Below are positions 60,770 through 64,000 of a stretch of 64,000 nucleotides of DNA, piece after piece; the stretch's first letter is position 1, and each line of letters begins with the position of its first letter. This DNA is from Macrostomum lignano (lineage: Eukaryota), in contig NIVC01003842.1 in assembly GCA_002269645.1 (NCBI GenBank), forward strand, positions 10,295-74,294. The letters are read 5' to 3'. A model generated the notes under the pieces. The model worked only from the letters and a program-made list of their open reading frames with translations. It did not search any database and was not told the origin of the DNA. The position numbers were made by a program, and so were the translations under genes.

Positions 60770-61997
60770 TTTGTACTTGTTAGCTTGGAATATTCTTTCA
60801 GCGTACTAATAGTAGCGTAATATGTGCCGAACAATTTTGCTCACTACCCTGGCTACCCGTGGCACCCAAAATTCAAGATTTTAGGCCGTCAGCATTTAGT
60901 AACATCGAAAAATTCTATTAGAACTGAAGGATTTTACGTGCCTGCGAGACTCTCCCGTCGTGTGGGCGAGAGGAATTGTAAGACTTTAATTATGAATTCG
61001 TACTGGGTAAGGCAATCATTTTCTATGGTTGCGCAGCTGTTAATTAAAGCTGTTGTTGAGGTTTAGGAATTTGATTTCGCTGGCTAATAGGTACTAGCTT
61101 AATTATATATGGCTTTGACCAGTGTGCATTGTCCAATTTTATCTGTGGTTGTTGTTCTGCTCAAATTGTTGATTGTTGATAATATTTTCAGCTTAATGTC
61201 AATATATCTTCCTTATTGTTGCTATTCATATGCAATACATGTATAAGATATCGTTGGCACAGTTAAATTTATAGATTCGGATCATTTGAGTGCTAGCTGT
61301 GAGCTCACGACATTTCATTGCTCATTCAGACTGTTACATGTACCATCTCGAACTCCGATAGGCCAACTTAATTTCTGTTTGGTGTTTCTCTTGAATATAA
61401 TAATTGATAGAAAACTGCATGGTCATTTCATAATCATATCGTTACAAAAAGTACTTTAAAGCCTCCAATAAGTTAAAATGTAATTTGCGCTCTATATACT
61501 ATGCAGTATCTGAAATTTATAACTGTTTTGAATTCCTTTCACTAGTTGAATTGTTTAATGGTGACACTTGTACAAAAATATATCCTTTCAAATTAGTCCG
61601 TTAGTTATTACTGTTCGCCTTTATCGGTGGTTTTTTGTGTATCGTTGTTTGGCAACTGTATCATAAAACTGTTTTAAATTTGGCCTATTGTTTTTCTCAA
61701 CTCTAAAAGTAGATACTAACTCGTAACAAGTACTAACTTCACCTATTGTGCTGGAAACCGAGGGCCGAATCCTGTAACCTGTAATAGCCTGGAACAGCGC
61801 CGCCCTCTGGCGGTCAGGTAGGGTCTTGGACTGCAGGACTGCCACTGTTTGGTTTGAAAGGAGGCTTTTGGGTGCTGCCGCAAATCAAGGCGACAGCCAT
61901 TCTTCAGCCCTATGCGCACTACGCACACGAGGATGCCGATACTTGCTTTCTTATCGTCAAGCATGCATAATGCTGTGAACTGAGAGTTGTCACACAT

Positions 61998-62083
61998 GGT
62001 TCAAGCGGATTCGAACCCCAATCTAATGTAGCCAAAGACTTTGAATCGAACTCAAAGGCTTTGGTCGCTACTCAGCCATGCAC
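61998..62083 (-). pseudogene. Degenerate tRNA-like sequence (Leu/Ser-type pseudogene or SINE head)
   Basis: TGGCTGAGTAG (A-box-like) and GGTTCGAATCC (B box) with long-variable-arm spacing; the stems pair poorly. Confidence 0.4.
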
Positions 62084-62317
62084 CACGAGTTCTTTCCCGA
62101 TTTTACGCTTTTACCATAGACAGCTATATTTACTGCCTAGAACGAGCTTAAAAAGTACTATCATATAGCAAGTGAATTTATAATTGCGTTCAGTTTAATA
62201 AAATAGTAATTAAAAGAATTTTACTTGAGTCTCAAGGCAAAGAATTTGAATTCCGACAGACAGTGAAATCTGTGTAACTACCTTTTTTATCGCCAGCTGA
62301 CTAAACTTGAGTAAAAC

Positions 62318-64000
62318 ATGCACCATCTAGCTCACTGCGACCACAGTGCATCGCAGGCTAGCCGACCTATGTCGCCGAGCACGCAGTTGAAGTTTCTGCT
62401 GGCCTGGGGCCAGGGACGCAACTCCCAAGACAGCCCGTCTCCGCTCAGCAGTGGTCATAGGCTCCGCTCGAAGCTGTCAAACAACGCTCAGCTGGACGGA
62501 TCGGCTTCTTCAAATCCTAGGCCGAGTGGTCGACGAAGGCGGTCACTGACCTATGTTCCGGTGTCCGCCTGGGTCAAAGACTTCAAGGATGAAGACGAGA
62601 TCGACGGGTGCAGCATGAGGACGGCAGGAAGCCGCAGATCACCGAGTACCGGAAGATTTTCAGCCGCGTCAAGGAGCGCCTCCATTGGTGACCGGATAAC
62701 ATCAGTTTCGTCCAGGCAGTCGGTTGCCATGCCGCATGAGGCCGATGGAGTCGCCGGCGCCTCCGCTTCCGCCGCCTCGAGCGTCACGCGCGTCGCGGCG
62801 GCTGAACGGAGTCCGCCACCGCCGCTTCCGCCCCGCGGGCACCCCGGCCGGCTCCTCGGAAAACTCTACCACCGCTGCCGCCTCGGAAAAAGCTGCCACC
62901 GCCGCCGCCACCGGAGCAGTTGCTTTCGCCCCCGATGCCGTCTCAGACTCCGCCACCGACGCCACCTCCAAAGACTCTGACACCGCCACCGCCGCGCGCG
63001 TTGCGTCTGCTTCTGCTAAAGCCTCTGTTGCAGCTGTTGCTGTCACCAGCCAACGCCACCGCACGAATCGCCATTCTTCAACACTATCTCAAGCTGAGCT
63101 ACGGGAGGTTCTGGCTCGCAGTGCAAGTCGCGCTGAAGCCTATCAGTCCATCGCAGATGCAGCTCCATCTGCCGGTGCCTCGATAGCAGAGTGCTCTAGA
63201 AAACGCCGCGAGCTTCGGCGGCCGTCAGACGTAGCAACTCTACTACACGAGATACTCGCTGGTAGAGCAAGCCGCTTAGGTGCCGGGGAAACTTTAGAAG
63301 TCGCCTCGCCAGCCGCGGGCGCGGCTAGCGCTAAAACAAATAAATCAACTCACGGCTCTGGGGCTGGTCGAGCTCTTAAAAATGAGGACGATTTAAACAA
63401 GCAACGAAAAGAAGTGGTACAAGAAGTCGACAAAGTCGCGCAGCTACTCCTCTGAATCGAACATAGTGGACACGCTGGCGGAGATCATTGCTGAGAAGAT
63501 CAGTCGCGCCGATAGGCGCAGGCAGAAGTATGACAGCAAAGGTGACGAACGCCTTAAGTTTGCAGCATCTTCGTCCAATCATCACAAAGACAAGCCAGAT
63601 TGCGTTCCTGGGACCGAAAGAAAAGTTATTAAAGTTAAACGGCATAGTAAGCGAACCAGCACTGCCACAGATAGTTCGCTTAGTAGGCAGCAGCAAAACT
63701 GCAACAACTGCTATGAAAAGCCACCAGAAGAAAAAACAAGGCAGTTCTGTCACACTCACGTTGTGAATATTCAGTCAGCTAATGGTGTTCACAGTCGAAG
63801 TGGCGATGGTTGGAATTTTGCGTCCAAATATGGAAGCCAAGAACTTTTCCGTAAATGTGGGCTTTCAAATAGATCGAATGCAGGAAACTACAGACCGTGC
63901 GATCAGCTCTTCTTTGATGGCAGTTTTTGAGCAAGCGCAGATTCGTGCAACTGCAACGCCAGTATCTGAGCGCAGCCTGTCTGAGCGATCAGCGTTGAAC
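62318..64000 (+). pseudogene. Low-complexity Ser/Ala/Arg-rich coding region split by apparent +1 frameshifts; product unknown, runs off the window
   Basis: Overlapping ORFs 62318-62980, 62724-63455 and 63466-63930, plus an open frame from 63767 to the window end, each +1 relative to the last. GC-rich, exon-like composition. Confidence 0.5.

Noticed and set aside
40019-60783. Numerous minus-strand and alternate-frame ORFs overlapping the golgin (and similarly the GTPase)
   Set aside because: They are Ser/Phe/Leu-rich shadows of biased GAA/GAG/AAG codons and of repeats; no independent coding evidence.
61621-61997. Minus-strand ORFs or a possible exon (..QAITGYRIRPSVSSTI G|GTGAAG)
   Set aside because: Weak splice signals, no partner exons and no recognisable product.

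Overview
Eukaryotic (invertebrate metazoan) genomic DNA with spliceosomal GT-AG introns and many minisatellites. A flatworm such as Macrostomum is my guess from sequence style only and is not established. Three genes are well supported. (1) An intronless ~2371-aa very large inducible GTPase (GVIN1/VLIG family; + strand, 12269-19384) that ends in a CaaX box. (2) A 3-exon mitoferrin (SLC25A37/28 family; - strand, 29580-24301). (3) An 11-exon, ~6634-aa giantin-like tail-anchored golgin (+ strand, 35602-60769) with a 9.6-kb exon, heptad-multiple internal repeats and eight coiled-coil/linker modules carrying candidate LC8-binding motifs. A fourth, apparently frameshifted coding region starts at ~62318 and runs off the window. 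The rest is tandem arrays (17/21, 20, 36/39, ~24, 23, 24 and 32 bp units), a foldback-like inverted array pair, hairpin MITEs, tRNA-derived SINEs, a mariner relic with a nested SINE, and a strongly CpG-depleted block between mitoferrin and the golgin. There is no CRISPR array or prokaryotic system. All homology calls are by motif recognition from memory; no searches were run.
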